DNA of 59,871 nt, counting the filler, from Catajapyx aquilonaris (taxonomy: Eukaryota): NCBI GenBank assembly GCA_000934665.2. It is 3 parts of 3 records of this genome, joined end to end, with 100 filler letters (N's around TTAATTAATTAA, not from the genome) between each part and the next. Parts side by side here need not be neighbours in the genome. Positions count along the whole stretch, not along the records: positions 19,982 to 39,891 come from JYFJ02006371.1; 2 more parts are not named here. One strand, written 5' to 3'. Positions 21,829 through 35,800 of the stretch are shown in pieces (positions within the stretch are counted from its first letter, which is position 1; the number at the start of each line of letters is the position of its first letter). Made by a program: the position numbers and the translations under genes. The notes under the pieces are model-generated. The model worked only from the letters and a program-made list of their open reading frames with translations, did no database searches and had not been told where the DNA came from.

Positions 21829-24800
21829 CTATGTATGGGAAAGGCTTTGGTGTGTCAGAGGTACAGCAGCAGTCCTTGGTCTCCTCACCAGATGTTGTTC
21901 CTTGTGTGCCTCTTGTGCTTCCACCAGGGCACGTTGAAAGTCCCTTTCCAAGGAGGTGTGACGGGCAGTTTGAGACTTCCTGCCACCAGTGTTCTGTTTG
22001 GTAATGAGAAAAAATGACAATATTAACCCCATATGATAAAATCATTGTGCATACATAAATCACTCTAAAATTAAGCACTAATAGTAAGTAAGTAAGTTTT
22101 AATTCCAATCAACATTTGATACATTATTATGGAAAGACCCTCCACTTATAAAACTATATTACAAAGGTTTAGTTTCTCAATAACGAGACAAAAGAAATTA
22201 TACAAAACAAAAAGTCTGTCAGCTGGCGTCTGATGGAATAACGTATGCATCTTGTCAATTGGCACTTTCGGGAAGCCCTCTAGCGAGCTCTCTCTGAATT
22301 CATTTGCAAAACAACATTCGTACACCATATGATATATCACATTACTCCTTTGGCTATTGCACAACGTACACATCTCCTCATCGTTAAAAGCCAACCTATA
22401 ATTGTTCACCCAAAGTGTTTTAGAATTATTCCTTAGATTTGCCATATATCTTATAATTTCCAGTGGCAATTTTTGATGCATATATTGTTCTTGTGTATAA
22501 CCATTTGATATGTCTTCGTAATACGCATACCCTCTCAACTTTGCCAGGTCTTGCCAATCTTTCTCTATTGTTACATATACCATCCTTCCAACCAAGTCAC
22601 TCAACATTTTTCATTACAGTTCGCTGTACAATATTCCCAAGATAATTATATCAATTTTATTTAACATTCTTTCAACCAATACTAGCCAGTTTTTCTTAGC
22701 AATAAAAGTACCCTGCGTTTGGTAATCATAACTTTGTTTCAATATACTCCTATCCGTAAGTACACTCATTTGTTTTAGGAATAACAGAAATCTTTTAAAG
22801 ATTTTGACTTCCAGTTGCCTCCTGCCAGTCTCCAGTCTCACTAGATCGTGGCAATCCCAGATTTTTTTTTAAGGAAATACGTTTGCACTCGTTCCAGGTC
22901 TTCAGCATATTGCAAACCCCATATTTGCACATTATACAATACTGATGGTACTATTTGTGCGTCAAAAATGCGCAGTGCCACACTTGTATTCCTCACTTTC
23001 ATCTTGATAAGGGTTGGCCATATATTAAAGGGACACTCCACTCAAAATACAAGTTGGGCTCTAAAAATCAAGCAAAAAATCCTCATTCCGAGAATGCGAT
23101 CCGTTTATCTCTGAGGCGAACGGTAATGACAGGGGAAGATACGAAAGTCGGAATAAATTCGACTTCTGATCGATCGTGGAGACGCCCACATCACCCGCGG
23201 CCACCGGGGGAAGTTGGGTACTCGCCACCTGGCGGCTGCCTGAGGAAGTTGGATACCAGACACCAGCAGCGCGAGTTTGAAATGCAGTTCGGGGTCGGAT
23301 ATTACTGGCTGCTGCCAATGCATATGTTGTCACCGAGGTGTTACTAAACTTACTTTCCGGACCTCGCCTTTGCTTGGTCCCTAATTGTTTACGGGTGGAC
23401 TAGATCAGTTGCTCCCGCATCAGATCCCCATGACTCAACGCCCGGAGGGACAGACTATGGCGACACATGTGTATGTTTAGCACTTCGGCAGGGGGGGTTT
23501 ATCATTTCTGGCCATCCAGTCCGGCATATCGAGGCGGGCTTGGACGCAAGTAGCATCATGGGCAAGAAAGGCAAGGGTGGTGTCCCGTTCTGTGTAGTTT
23601 ATTTGTAAGCGCCATAGGAAACGGTTGGAGCGAGTGACGTATTTCGTATTTCCTTGCGAACGTCAGGATTTGATGCGGCAATGGCGAGAAGCCTTGAATT
23701 CGCCACCAACGTATACACCCATGTCAAGTCATCAGGTGTGCATAGATCACTATCACAGGCAGTCGCTATTTCCCTACAGACAGGAACAGAAGAGGCGGAA
23801 ACTAAAGCCTAATGCTGTTCCAACACAGGAGGTAGGAATAATGTGGCACAGCGTCAATGTGCGTATATTTTATTCTTTATTGCACCCCCAGTGCACATCA
23901 GACATGGAAACCAGCACCGGAACATCCACTGTTGATGTGTCCAATACTGATGCACAGGTAATGTTTCCTCAGCCATCGAGCCCAATGACTATGTTTCAAA
24001 TATCTCCTGATGCACCTCTTTTCCCCAGTGCACATCAGTTTGAGAATAGCAGCTAAAATGTGTTTGGGCCGAACATTTTGCTAATGGCTCTGTTTCAATG
24101 ACTTAATTGCAATATGAAGCACTATTGCGACTAAATTGGTGTATGCGGGATGTAGGCCACCGGTAAACAATTAGGGGCCAAGCAAAGGCGAGGTCCGGAA
24201 AGTAACACCTCGGTGACAACATATGCATTGGCAGCAGCCAGTAATATCCGACCCCGAACTGCATTTCAAACTCGCGCTGCTGGTGACGGGCACGGTTGTT
24301 AGAGTATATCCCATGGTATATCCTATTCTGGTATCCAACTTCCTCAGGCAGCCGCCAGGTGGCCGGGGGAGGTGTGGGCGAGACTGGAGGGGCACCGGGG
24401 GTGGTGTCGCCGAGACTGGAGGGGCAGCGGGCCTGTGGCCCGGGGTGGTGGCACCGAGACTGGAGGGGCCGGGGGTTTGCAGACGGCCTACTTTGAGATT
24501 TATTTCTTGGATTACCATTCGCCTCAGAGAAAAACGGATCGCATTCTCGGAATCAGGATTTTTTGCCTGATTTTTAGACACCAACTTGTATTTTGAGTGG
24601 AGTGTCCCTTTAAGTTAATTGCACACACCTGTTATCTTGGCTGATTATAATCTGAATTACTTTGGCAATGTATCGACTGCAAGCCTGAAATGTGCGTGGT
24701 AAGATTACATTGTGCTCTATTACACTAAAATTTTTGAAAGTATTTAAAAGTATCACCGTCTATTCCCTCCAGAAAGCGGGCTGGGTCATTTTCCATTAAA

Positions 24801-27800
24801 CTTACTGAAACAATACTTTCAAAATTTTTAGTGTAATAGAACCACAATGTAATCTTATAATTTCTGGCTTGCCGTCGATACAATTGTGAAGTAATTCGGA
24901 TTATAAACAGCCGAGATAATAAAGGTGTGCAATTAACTCAATTATGATTACAGAAATGGCGATCTCAATGTTTCAAGTATATCATCAGATAGACAAAGAT
25001 GTGCACTATCCAGGGTTCACAGGGGGATTTTTTTGGCTTCCTGAAAGTGTCATAAAAAATTCACCTTGCGGTGCAACGTCGGCAACTAGTCAAAAAATGA
25101 CACTTTTCCCCCTTATTTTTACAATAAAAAATTAGGGACTGACAATAGGAAAACAACTCTCATATATTATGTAACGTGGATTTAAACAAGCTTTCGAACG
25201 ATATATAACTAAATTTTTTTTTGATAATTTGCCTGGGAGTTGTTGAGTCAAACACAGGGCTCTATATTAAATAAACGGATAGTAGTGTGCATGCTTGATC
25301 CGGAGGCCATATATGTGACCCTCCTCTCATACCATACGGAGATCTAAATTTTTAAATGCGCAACAACGTGGCACAGGGGGTATGTTTCGCGCCTACTCAA
25401 ATTTTTTGTCACTTGGCCTGCGTGACAAAAAAGTATATGGGTATGTAGCCTTGGCCCCGCCAAACAAAGCAGCACATAAGCACATGGCATGAATTACATC
25501 ACAGGACAGGCATGCCAGCAACAGAGACAAACATTCACCCCCCCCCAACCGAGTGTATAAACCTCCCTCGCGCCACAGCTGTTCAAAAACCCCGCGGGGC
25601 GTGTGCCCCTCCATCCTGATGGAGGCTGGCCGGTAGTTGCCCAGTGGCCGCCAGCAGCTAATTGTCATTTACGAACACGATTTACTTATTTTAAAGCTAT
25701 TGAATTATTTTTTGAGCTAATTTTAGGGTGGAATCTCTTGAGGAGGTTTGGGGGCAACTATGTATGCCAAAAATTTGCTGGCCAAGGTCGGATTTCTTTT
25801 CTTTTTAGAAGATTTTTTCAGTGGCTGCAAAAAGATGATTTCATTCAAGTTAATCTGGTTAATCCGGTTTATTTATGCAAGATTTTATAGTCCAAAACTC
25901 GATTTTTTATGCGAGAGAAAACTTAAAAAGCCACACAGAAACCACGTTACATAAAGTGGGAAACCGCTATAGTTTTGCCAGCAGAATTTTTTAAAGCCAC
26001 TGTATCAGCATTTATTAGGGTTAGACTCTATTGTATTAACTTGATCACTTCAGCACAATCCCACAACCACAATCAAGCTGCAGTAGTCCACAATCCCTTA
26101 CACCACAGCTTTGAAAGGAATTGTATGCTATTGTGACAGTTTTGGTCAGCCCCCACTATTTCCTGCTCCATCCCATGTAATAGTGCAGCCCCATCTATTT
26201 TACATGTATTGATCTATTCGTTTCTGAAAATTGTTCAAACTGTACCCTTACCTGCTTTCGTCACTCCGACCCATGGCTCCCTTTTTTTCCCCATTATCCT
26301 CTGCATTTTCATCCGCCCTATAAATACTCACCGCCAACCCCATTCGAGGCTTTTTGGCCCTTCCCCTTTTTGGGGGAAGTAAATACCCTGTGGTCCTGAC
26401 TATGGACTCTGCTTCAATGACAATAAACATTCCGTCTTGAACAAGGAACCCCTGTCTTTTGTGTACCCAGAAACCCGTCACACTATTCCACATCATTTTA
26501 AAAAACCCCGTTTGCTAAGTATCCCCTACAGGGGACACCTCAACTATTACCAGGGTTGGCAATAATCAATGATTATTTTAAAATAATCAAATAATCGGAT
26601 TATTTTGATATAATAATGTTATTATTTGTAGTACAGCACTTTATTTCATTTTCCTGATAAAAACCCCACCTGCTATTTGAAGAAAATCAAGAAATGTATG
26701 TCAATATTGTCAAACATGTTACATTCCAAGGAAAGTGCATTATACAATATCAAGAGACAATATACAGTCAATCCTCGTTTAACACTGATTCCGCTTACTT
26801 GGGAGCGACTAGCCGACTACACTATTCAGTAGTGCACGTGTGTACATACCTGTAAGTCTGTAACACTTACAGTATTATTGTACACTACTGTATCTGTATT
26901 ACGCAGAAAGCAGTGCCTGATTACTACCTCTGTGGCTCTGTCATGTTCTCATGTACTGATTATGATAATTAAACTGTATTTTACTACATATACAATAAGT
27001 CAAGAGTCAAGAGTCAAGAGTTTTAAGTTTTAACTTTTTGACTGGTGAGTTTGTGATTATTGGTAGGATAAATGTATGACGAACCTGGTCCCCCAGGAAC
27101 CTATCCCCCTATTTCCCAAAATGTAATAATGTTTCACTTTACACAAAGTCACAAACCTATCCGGCTATCCCCGATGTTAAACGAGGATTGACTGTACATG
27201 GTGCTATGGTTCTATGGTAGGATATTTTTTTAGCCATTCAACATTTTAACTTCTTTAAATTATTGTTATTATTATTGTTATTATTATTATTATTATTATT
27301 AGTGATTATAATAAAGATTTTTCATTATAAATCAGTTGATTATAATCATGATTATAATCAATTGATTATAATCATGCCAACCCTGATATTACCAAGTCAG
27401 ACTTTCGAAATTAGAACTTAGAATTTATAAATATATAAAATTGTATTACCTGGACACTTGTGCAGATGTTAGATATTGAGTTACAGTATTATGTTAGCAT
27501 GTCATTTACTCATAATAATAATTTTTTTAAATAATTCAGGCATATTTGGGTTAAGGGTCCTATCGGTTGTAGATATTTTGCAATACTCACTCCATCCTTG
27601 TACAAGACGACTTTTCCACGGTGGAACCAGTAGAAGTCATGTGTTCCGAAAAACTTAACAGCAATCTCTCCCACACCGTGCTTCAGAGCAAGGATGTTTG
27701 TTGGAATCTGCTCGAGGGGTATGATCCTCCCTGGCCACCATCTGTAGTTACCCGGCTTGGCCCACACTATGTCACCATCCATGTAGACTTTCCCTTTACG

Positions 27801-29809
27801 GCAATCCTCACAAATAAAGCTGCCTTTTGGAGCCTTAATGTCCAGGCACCCATGATGGAAAGCAGCACGACATCTTCCACAGGATATCAAGATGCCACCT
27901 TTTGAGCATTGGCAGCACCAGGTGACATGAGATGTACGAGTCTTCCGCTTTCCACCTTCCACCTCCTGAATGTGCTTTGGGTACAGAATATGCCGTGGAG
28001 TAACGGGAAAGGAACCAGCTGCTCGGCAATGACAATCTGCATACTGAAAATCTCGTCCTTCGGTGTTCTCCAGACAAGATCGGTGGAAATAATTCTGACA
28101 CTTGCCCTTGCACTGCCACAATTCATCCTTGCGCCTCACTGTAAAGATGACATGTAAACGTCAGATTACCTATTGTTTTTAGACATAAGCTTTATCACAT
28201 AAAGCAACATGTATGTAATATGCGAGGGTTGGATTGAGCCATGGCACAACTTTTTCATTACAACTCCTTAGCAATTTCGACATGCTTGTGAAATGCTTTT
28301 ATTTTTAGAAAGTTGTCAATATCACAAGGACTGAGGTCAAGAAGTGAATGCAATGCACGCTGAGTACTTCCCATTCCCACATCGTTGCTGACGAGGTTAA
28401 TCACTTATTAATAGCATTTATTCATCACATATTCATCTCTCACATTGTTTTGTATGATTGGGATGGAGGAGGGGGCGTTTATCTTGTTTCTTGACAGCCT
28501 TTGTTACATTTGCATCATATTTTTATCATATCTGATAGAAGGTGGTCAGAGCAACAAGATGATTCCACAATAAGTTCATGGATGTAAAGGTGCAGGTGTT
28601 CAAATTAAAAAATAAAAGCCATGACCTCCACTTCACCACCATTTTTTAAAAACTTATTAAAAACCACTGAAATATCAATATTATTCATCCCAGCTAGACT
28701 AAAATAAATCCAATGAGGTCCACAAAAGTATTCAGAGTATTGGGTCAGTTACTGGTATTAGTCCATTAATTATTATCACTATTAATATGGGCAGTGCTTC
28801 TCACATCCATTACTCTTATGCCAGAAAAGTAAAGGCAAAAATGTTGGTAGGTCTTACTTTAAAGAAGATTATCTTGCTTTCTTTAGGTACTCATAAACTG
28901 CTTGTGACAGTATTATTGTCAGGGTTCCAGCCAGCCCCACGCAACTCCCTATCTAGAACTATGGTGACGGCTGTTGAATATAAAAGTCTCCCCCAGCCTG
29001 GAATTTGGTGCTTGTGCGGCCCCACAGGCATGTTGTGGTTCAGGTGGCTGACTGGCGATCTGTGAATTCCTTCCGGACCCAGCAGCAATGGATAGAATGG
29101 TTCGGATTGGTTCAGGCGTCTGCGAGCGGCCGCCCCAACCACAACATCCCTATGGGCATGCGCCAGCGCCACGGACGGAGACTTCTATATTCAACTCACG
29201 CATCGTGTGAGTTGCAGGGGGCTGGTTCCAGCCAAGTTTGCGCAGAAAAATTTGAAAACAACAAAATCTAAGCATAAACACATCGTTGAAACACTTATGA
29301 GTCCAAACACACTTCAGTATAGCAGCTTCTTTTGTTTTCCATGGTGCATTGTGGCAGGGTGTATAAATATACAGGTGGGGGACTGTTTTATGCCACTGTG
29401 TTGCTGGAACCAATTGCTCAAGTAAAAAGGGTCCCAGCTGCATTTGTAATTCTTGGCCTGAAGGGAGGCCTCTATGCAATCCACGTCAGGAGGTAATTTT
29501 TTCATGAACCTTAAGGGAAGGGTTCAGTCATTTGGAGTTTGGGTCCAAAGATCAGAAAGTTTCCCTGATTCCAAGTATGTGGTCAGTTTATGAATTTGAT
29601 GATGTAAGCAAATGCTGTTAGATTTCACTAGTAATAGCAATGGTATCAGATGTGCAGTATTGCCTTTCCTGCTATAGCTACCCTCTGACTGGCCAAGTCA
29701 AAACCCTGTATCTTGGCTTTTTGTCATTGAGATATTCATGTTTGAAGTTTTTTGTTTCTATTATGGTACATGGAAGTGCATGATTTATTATAACAATAAT
29801 AATAATAAC

Positions 29810-29863
<54 letters not shown>

Positions 29864-32800
29864 CCGGGGTAGTGCTTGATCTCATCTGAGGTATGCAGCA
29901 CGGACCTTTATTTATTACATCAAATACATTTGAGCCTTTTTACGTAGCGCCCGGGCCCACGGGCAGGATGACAGGAGGGGGATGTGCAAGGTGCAGTGCA
30001 ATGTCTTAAACGTGGCCATTTTTAGTAAACTCCCCCGGGTGGTTTAGTCTGTTGGAAATACCACCCGAGACGAAGCCAGAGGTGACCCTGAACTCTGCAC
30101 GAGATGAAGGGGGTGTCCCCGGGTTGGGATCGAACCCGGGACCTTAACGTCCGTGGGTGCATACGTTACCGCAGCACCACTCCGCCTCCCCTGGAAGTGC
30201 ATGATTTCAATTGGCTATAACTTTGCAAGGGTTTCTCCTCCAGTTGCGGACTTTGTACCAAAAGGTGTGGCTTGCAAAGAGTGCAATGGTACATTTATCT
30301 CCTATTACATGATTTTCGAAGATACGGGGTTCTAACTTGTGCCGTCAGCCCTACCTCCTGTTAGCCCATCTAACCCAATGGTCAAAGGGGTTGTCTTATC
30401 TGTGGAGTCATTTTATAATTGAATCAGTTGTTTCAAAAAGGAATTAAGCCCACTTTTTGGCATTTTCGAGTTAACACTACTATGTTGCTTTTGAATTTCT
30501 ACGCGTCTTCTGAATCTATGATATTCCTTAATTAATGGAGGATCTTCACTAAAATAATTATAGCAAAAGGAAAAGATGGGAACATTTTTTGTGTTTTTCT
30601 CAGAAGTTGGTTCATGGGATTTGAGTCTTTTTCGAAACAACTGATTCGATTCCACTTTGCATCACACTCCACACAAGTCTGCTACCTGCAGCTGAAAATT
30701 CCAACACTGAGCCATCAAAAATAGGCTACCTGGCAGGATGGGATGGGAAAGTGGCCTGCATCACTTTTGCCTCTAGGCATGGCCATCTTGCCTGCAATCT
30801 CAACCAGCTTCTCAATTTTCCACTATGAAGGTACAGAATTGGTAACGAAGTACAGTAAAACTTCTATAAGTCGAATCTCCATGGGACCGGAAAAAAGCTT
30901 CGAGTTATAGAAGATCTGAGTGAGAGAGGTTTGGAATTATTTAAGCAACCTAACTCTATAAGGAAGCCTCCCTTTATATCCAGCAACGAAAGGTGTTCAA
31001 GACTTGAAAATAACTGTCACTATCACACTTATAACATTTCTCGTTGTTTTGTTGTAAAGAAATCTCCGAGATGGACATTTGCCTACTCTTACATTCAAGG
31101 ATTCAATTGTCACAATCGAGTCAAACACTTCTTTCGGTACATCTGGTAGATGGAAATCAGGAAATTGAGCCTTTCTGTACATGTGGCCTACTCTGGACTC
31201 TTCGGCTGGGAAATGAGAAAATTTTCCGTACTCGCCAACATGAACTTCGACTTAGGAAGACTGAAAATGCATTGAAATCCCATCGAAAGGCCATGCCAGC
31301 ACTTCGAGTTATGGAAGTTGATATCCTATTATTTTACATTGTGACCAACAAAGCTCATCATTTTCTTCGACTTAGGGAAGTTCGATTATATTATGGAAGT
31401 TTTACGGTAATAGAAAATCAACTAGGGAGGCGAAGTGTCGCTGCAGTAACGTATGCGCCCACGGATGTTAAGGTCCCAGGATCAAATCCCGCCCGGGGTT
31501 CCCCCCCTTCATCTCGTGCAGTGTTGGGCCATCTCTGGCTTCGTCTCGGGTGGAATCTCCGATAGACTAATCCACCCGGGGGAGTTCACAAAATGTACCA
31601 CATTATAGACATTGCACTGCACTTTGCACATCCCCTCCCAGTCACCCTGCCCGTGGGCCCAGGCGCTTCGCTCAAGGTTCCAATTGTACGTATGTACATC
31701 ACATATTAATGATCAATAAAAGGTCAGTGTAAGATACCCCACAAAAGGTGAAGCACTACCCATGATTATGATGATGATGATGATTATTATTATTATTATT
31801 AATAGAAAATCAACTTTCACTTGCAATTTTACACTTAGGGTATCATTTTTACCAAAACTGACCACATATTTGAAAACATTCTTTTCTGATCATTAAGACC
31901 TGTCCCCAAAGCAGATTTGTTTTAATTTTTTTTACACAAAATCACACTGTTACAGCACCCTCTCACTGCTGCTGTCACAGCTAGGTCTGGTGATGACATT
32001 TCCAAAGTCAACTGTGACACCTACATAATCATGGAAACCATATGACATGGTTAAAATAAAGTTTGTCATACAAGGTGCAGTCATTAAGTTCGAAGCCCGA
32101 ATTAAATCTCGGCTCCCATTTAACATACGAGGTGTGATCAAAAAGTTCCCGGACTGTCGATATACCGTGCAAACCAGTGGAGCTACGAACTTGTGACGTT
32201 AGGGGGCGCTAGGTGCACCTTTCATCTATTAGCCTGAAAAATCTCGTCTTCATAGGTGCACATGTTTCCGAGTTTTGGCAGTTTTCTTGACACCGTGTTC
32301 TTGTGCTTCTGCGATTTTTCGAAATGGCTGATGTTAGGGAGCAAAAGATTTGTATTAAATTTTGCTTCCAGCTCAACAAAACTTCGGATGCAACCAACCG
32401 AATGCTGAACAAGGCTTTAGATGAGCAAGTTGTAAGACAAGCAATAACATATGAGTAGTTTAACAGCTTCAAAGGTGGCGCGCCAAGTGCGCGGCAAAAT
32501 CAACTCAATGCTGATCATTTTCTTTGACATTTTAGGAATTGTGCACATGGAGTTTTTCCCTCCTGGTAAAACTGTCAACGGCAAGTCTTACTGTGATGGT
32601 TTGAGACTATTTAGTCTCAATTTGCCGGAGATATGGAAGAACATAGACTGGTTGCTGCGCCATGACAATGCCGCCTGCACACACCTCACGCGTAGTCAGG
32701 GACTTCCTGATAAAAAATAACATGACCACTGTTCCCCACCCTGCATATTCGTTCGTCCTGTCACCACGTGCTTTCTACCTCTTCCCTAAAATGAAATTTG

Positions 32801-35800
32801 GGTAGAAAAGGAGGGATTTTGACTCCACTAAGGAGGTCTAAGCCAAATCGCAGCAGGTGTTGAACACACTACTGTTTGGCAATTTTTTTTGGTGCTTCCA
32901 AAAATGGGATATTCGCTGGAATTGTTGTATACGTACCCAAGGTGAGTACTTTGAAGGTGGCAGTGGAAATTAGGACTTAAAGTAAATATTAATGTTTTTA
33001 TGAACACAGTCCGGGAACTTTTCGATCACACCTCGTATCACGGCCAAATATTTATGGCACATCGAGAGACTCTTTAGGGTGCAGAGGAAAAAAAAATAGG
33101 TCGCTGGCTCATATTCGATAATAGTTCTGGTCGTTTTCCCGAGAGGGCACGCGGGAGTTCGGCGATGAGAATAAATAACACAAAATGGCGCCTGAGCGGA
33201 GGTTTGAGGAGCAACGCAACTCAATCAAATTTTGTGTGTTGCTGGGCCATACTCCCCAGGAAACACTGGGCATGTTGAGGAAGGCGTACGGCAAATGTGC
33301 TGCTCTCTCATGGCCGGTTGTAAAAAAGTGGCATCGGCGTTTCCGGGAGGGCCGAGAGACAACATCGGACAATCATCGCAGCGGGCGGCCCATCACTAGT
33401 CGAGACACCGATGCCGATTTTTTACAACCGGCCATGAGAGAGCAGCACATTTGCCTTACGCCTTCCTCAACATGCCCAGTGTTTCCCGGGGAGTATGGCC
33501 CAGCAACACGCAAAATTTGATTGAGTTGCGTTGCTCCTCAAACCTCCGCTCAGGCGCCATTTTGTGTTATTTTTTTTTATTATTATTTTTTTTAAAGGTT
33601 ACCCCGTGATAGAGCTCGTGGCCCTCTTAGGGGGGAAGGGGAAGTTCCCAAGGGAGGGCGCCGTGCGATAGCCATTTCTGACATTCTTTAACACCAGACC
33701 TTTTCTCCTGGCCCCGAGCAGAGAAGGGAGTGCAATTCTGCTCCGGCATGTCAGGTGAAAAGCGGAAAAAGACCCGGCCAAGCAGAGGTGACGGGGACGG
33801 GATTTGAACCCCGGCCTCCCGCTTGGCTGGCCAGCGGCGTAACCGCTAGACCACCATGCCGCCCTGATTTTGTGTTATTTATTCTCATCGCCGAACTCCC
33901 GCACGCCCTCTTGGGAAAACGACCAGAACTATTATCGAATATGAGCCAGCGCCCTATTTTTTTTTTCCTCTGCACCCTAAAGAGTCTCTCGATGTGCCAT
34001 AAATATTTGGCCGTGACATGTTAAATGGGAGCCAAGATTTAATTCGGGCTTCGAACTTAATGACTGCACCTTGTAGGTGGGGGAGAAAAAACGAATTTGT
34101 ACTGATCGCGTGACCTCTATCGGTCATCTTATTGATTTAAATCAGCCACGAGCCCCTCCACTTTCACTATAGAATTCTGGGCCAGGAATGCTACTAGTAC
34201 AACTCCTTCCCCTCTGTAGCATTCCCAACCGCTATGACAGCGCCCTCCCAGCTGTCGCGGGGGCACTGTCACAGTGCAATTTTGTGTAAAAAAAAGCTGC
34301 TTTGGGAACAGGCTGTTAGACCCCAACATGCAAAATGAATGGACCTTCCCTTTAAAGAAAAGCTGCAAGAAACTGACTTGCTTCCTCATCAGCAATCCCT
34401 GAGAACTACTCCTTCAAATAAATCATAATATATTTTCTGATCTACCACATGTATTTTACCTTTGACTCAAATAACTACCTCAGGATAGAAGAACTTTACT
34501 CACCACCCTTCTCACATATCTGGCAGACAACGTTCCGCAGTAACTTGCCACAGTTCATCATGGAAAAAGTTGTTTCCCGGAGACTGGAGTCGTTTTCATG
34601 CTGGGTCTCATCTTCATGTACGCTTGCTTCATCCCCCTGCATGCCATCCTCTTCCAAATTTTCATCTTTCTTGTTGACGTCTCCGAACCGCTTTGGTGGC
34701 CTTCTGACTCTTTTTGGCCTAAGCTTAGGGGCTTCCTCCCTATTTTGATCCAGTTCTTCCTGATCATCATTACTACCATTATTGGACCCATATTCCGGTA
34801 CCCACTCTCCCATTTTTCTCAGTCGTTCCTCCAGTTGTTTTCTCTCCTGTCTTATGTAATCTGCGAACGCATACTCCTGATCATCATTACTATCATTATT
34901 GGACCCATATTCCGGTACCCACTCTCCTATTTGTCTCAGTCGTTCCTCCAGTTCTTTTCTTTCCTGTCTTATGTAATCTGCGAACACATACTCTATCTTG
35001 TGATTCGGTGTCACGGTATCCCATTTGCCGCGGAGATGATTTTCAGTCTCCTCCTTATTGAGTCCAATGTCTGCTATCTGTTGCAAACACTTGCCACCAT
35101 TTAGTTCATAAAACAACATGGAAGCACTTTCCAATTTGCCTTTCGTAGGTTTCTTTATTGGGTCCCGTTTTGGTTTTAAAGAGGGTTTACGTATCTTCTT
35201 TGAGCGTGATGAGGCATTTTTCTTCTGCCCTCCAGATTGCTCTTTGGATGAAATTGAACGGCTATGCTTATCTCGTACATCTTCTGCCTTCCAAGCACAA
35301 TATTCCAACCTCGTTTTATTTCCAACATCCTCAAGTTTTCTTGCCTCCTTCATACCTCGATTCCATGTGTGTGTTAGGCGGTGCGGCACCTTTAATGAAG
35401 CTGCCGATATTTGTTTTCCATTCGGTCCTTTTCTCCGACGTGAACCCACTTCAAGTCTTCGGAACTCATGATGACCATATTTTATCAGGTGATATTCTTT
35501 GATCCAAGCATGTTCTGCATTAGATCCAAGAAAATCCACATGGATCTCGGTTAATCCATCTTTGTCACGACGAAACAAATCGATACTTTTATCTTCTGTT
35601 ACAACTGCAGCCCAATATGGGTAACCCTGCAAATGTGCCAAAACAAGGGCACCTGGATTCCATTCAGTTGCTTGTGTCGCCTGTAGTGTGATATCTCCCT
35701 CACTGTCTGATTTGGAACTCCCTGTAGTGGTGATATTACCAGGCTTGTTAAGTTGTGAAGTGTTGGTAATCTCCACATCTAAGGGGCGCTTCTTTGATGT

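Larger units (their letters stand above)
32071..34073. mobile_element. Foldback mariner derivative made of two inverted 5' ends, hosting a nested mariner and a SINE
   Basis: TA-CAAGGTGCAGTCATTAAGTTCG...CGAACTTAATGACTGCACCTTG-TA. The left arm encodes the transposase HTH N-terminus (33185-33520: MAPERRFEEQRNSIKFC...WHRRFREGR...RSGRP); the right arm is an inverted copy of the 5' end. Confidence 0.9.

Noticed and set aside
25080..25980. Possible DNA-transposon remnant with tatgtaacgtgg / ccacgttacata inverted motifs
   Set aside because: Termini and TSD could not be defined.
26248..26496. 82-aa minus-strand ORF ending at a strong GTAAG donor, as an extra NSD-like exon
   Set aside because: Its phase (2) is incompatible with the flanking phase-0 junctions, and it has no recognisable homology.
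29280..29520. Cys/His-containing minus-strand fragment (PHLYIYTPCH...ILKCVW) as the missing NSD PHD2/3
   Set aside because: The similarity is weak and frameshifted, and it lies in the wrong order relative to the PHD1 exon; it cannot be supported without an alignment.
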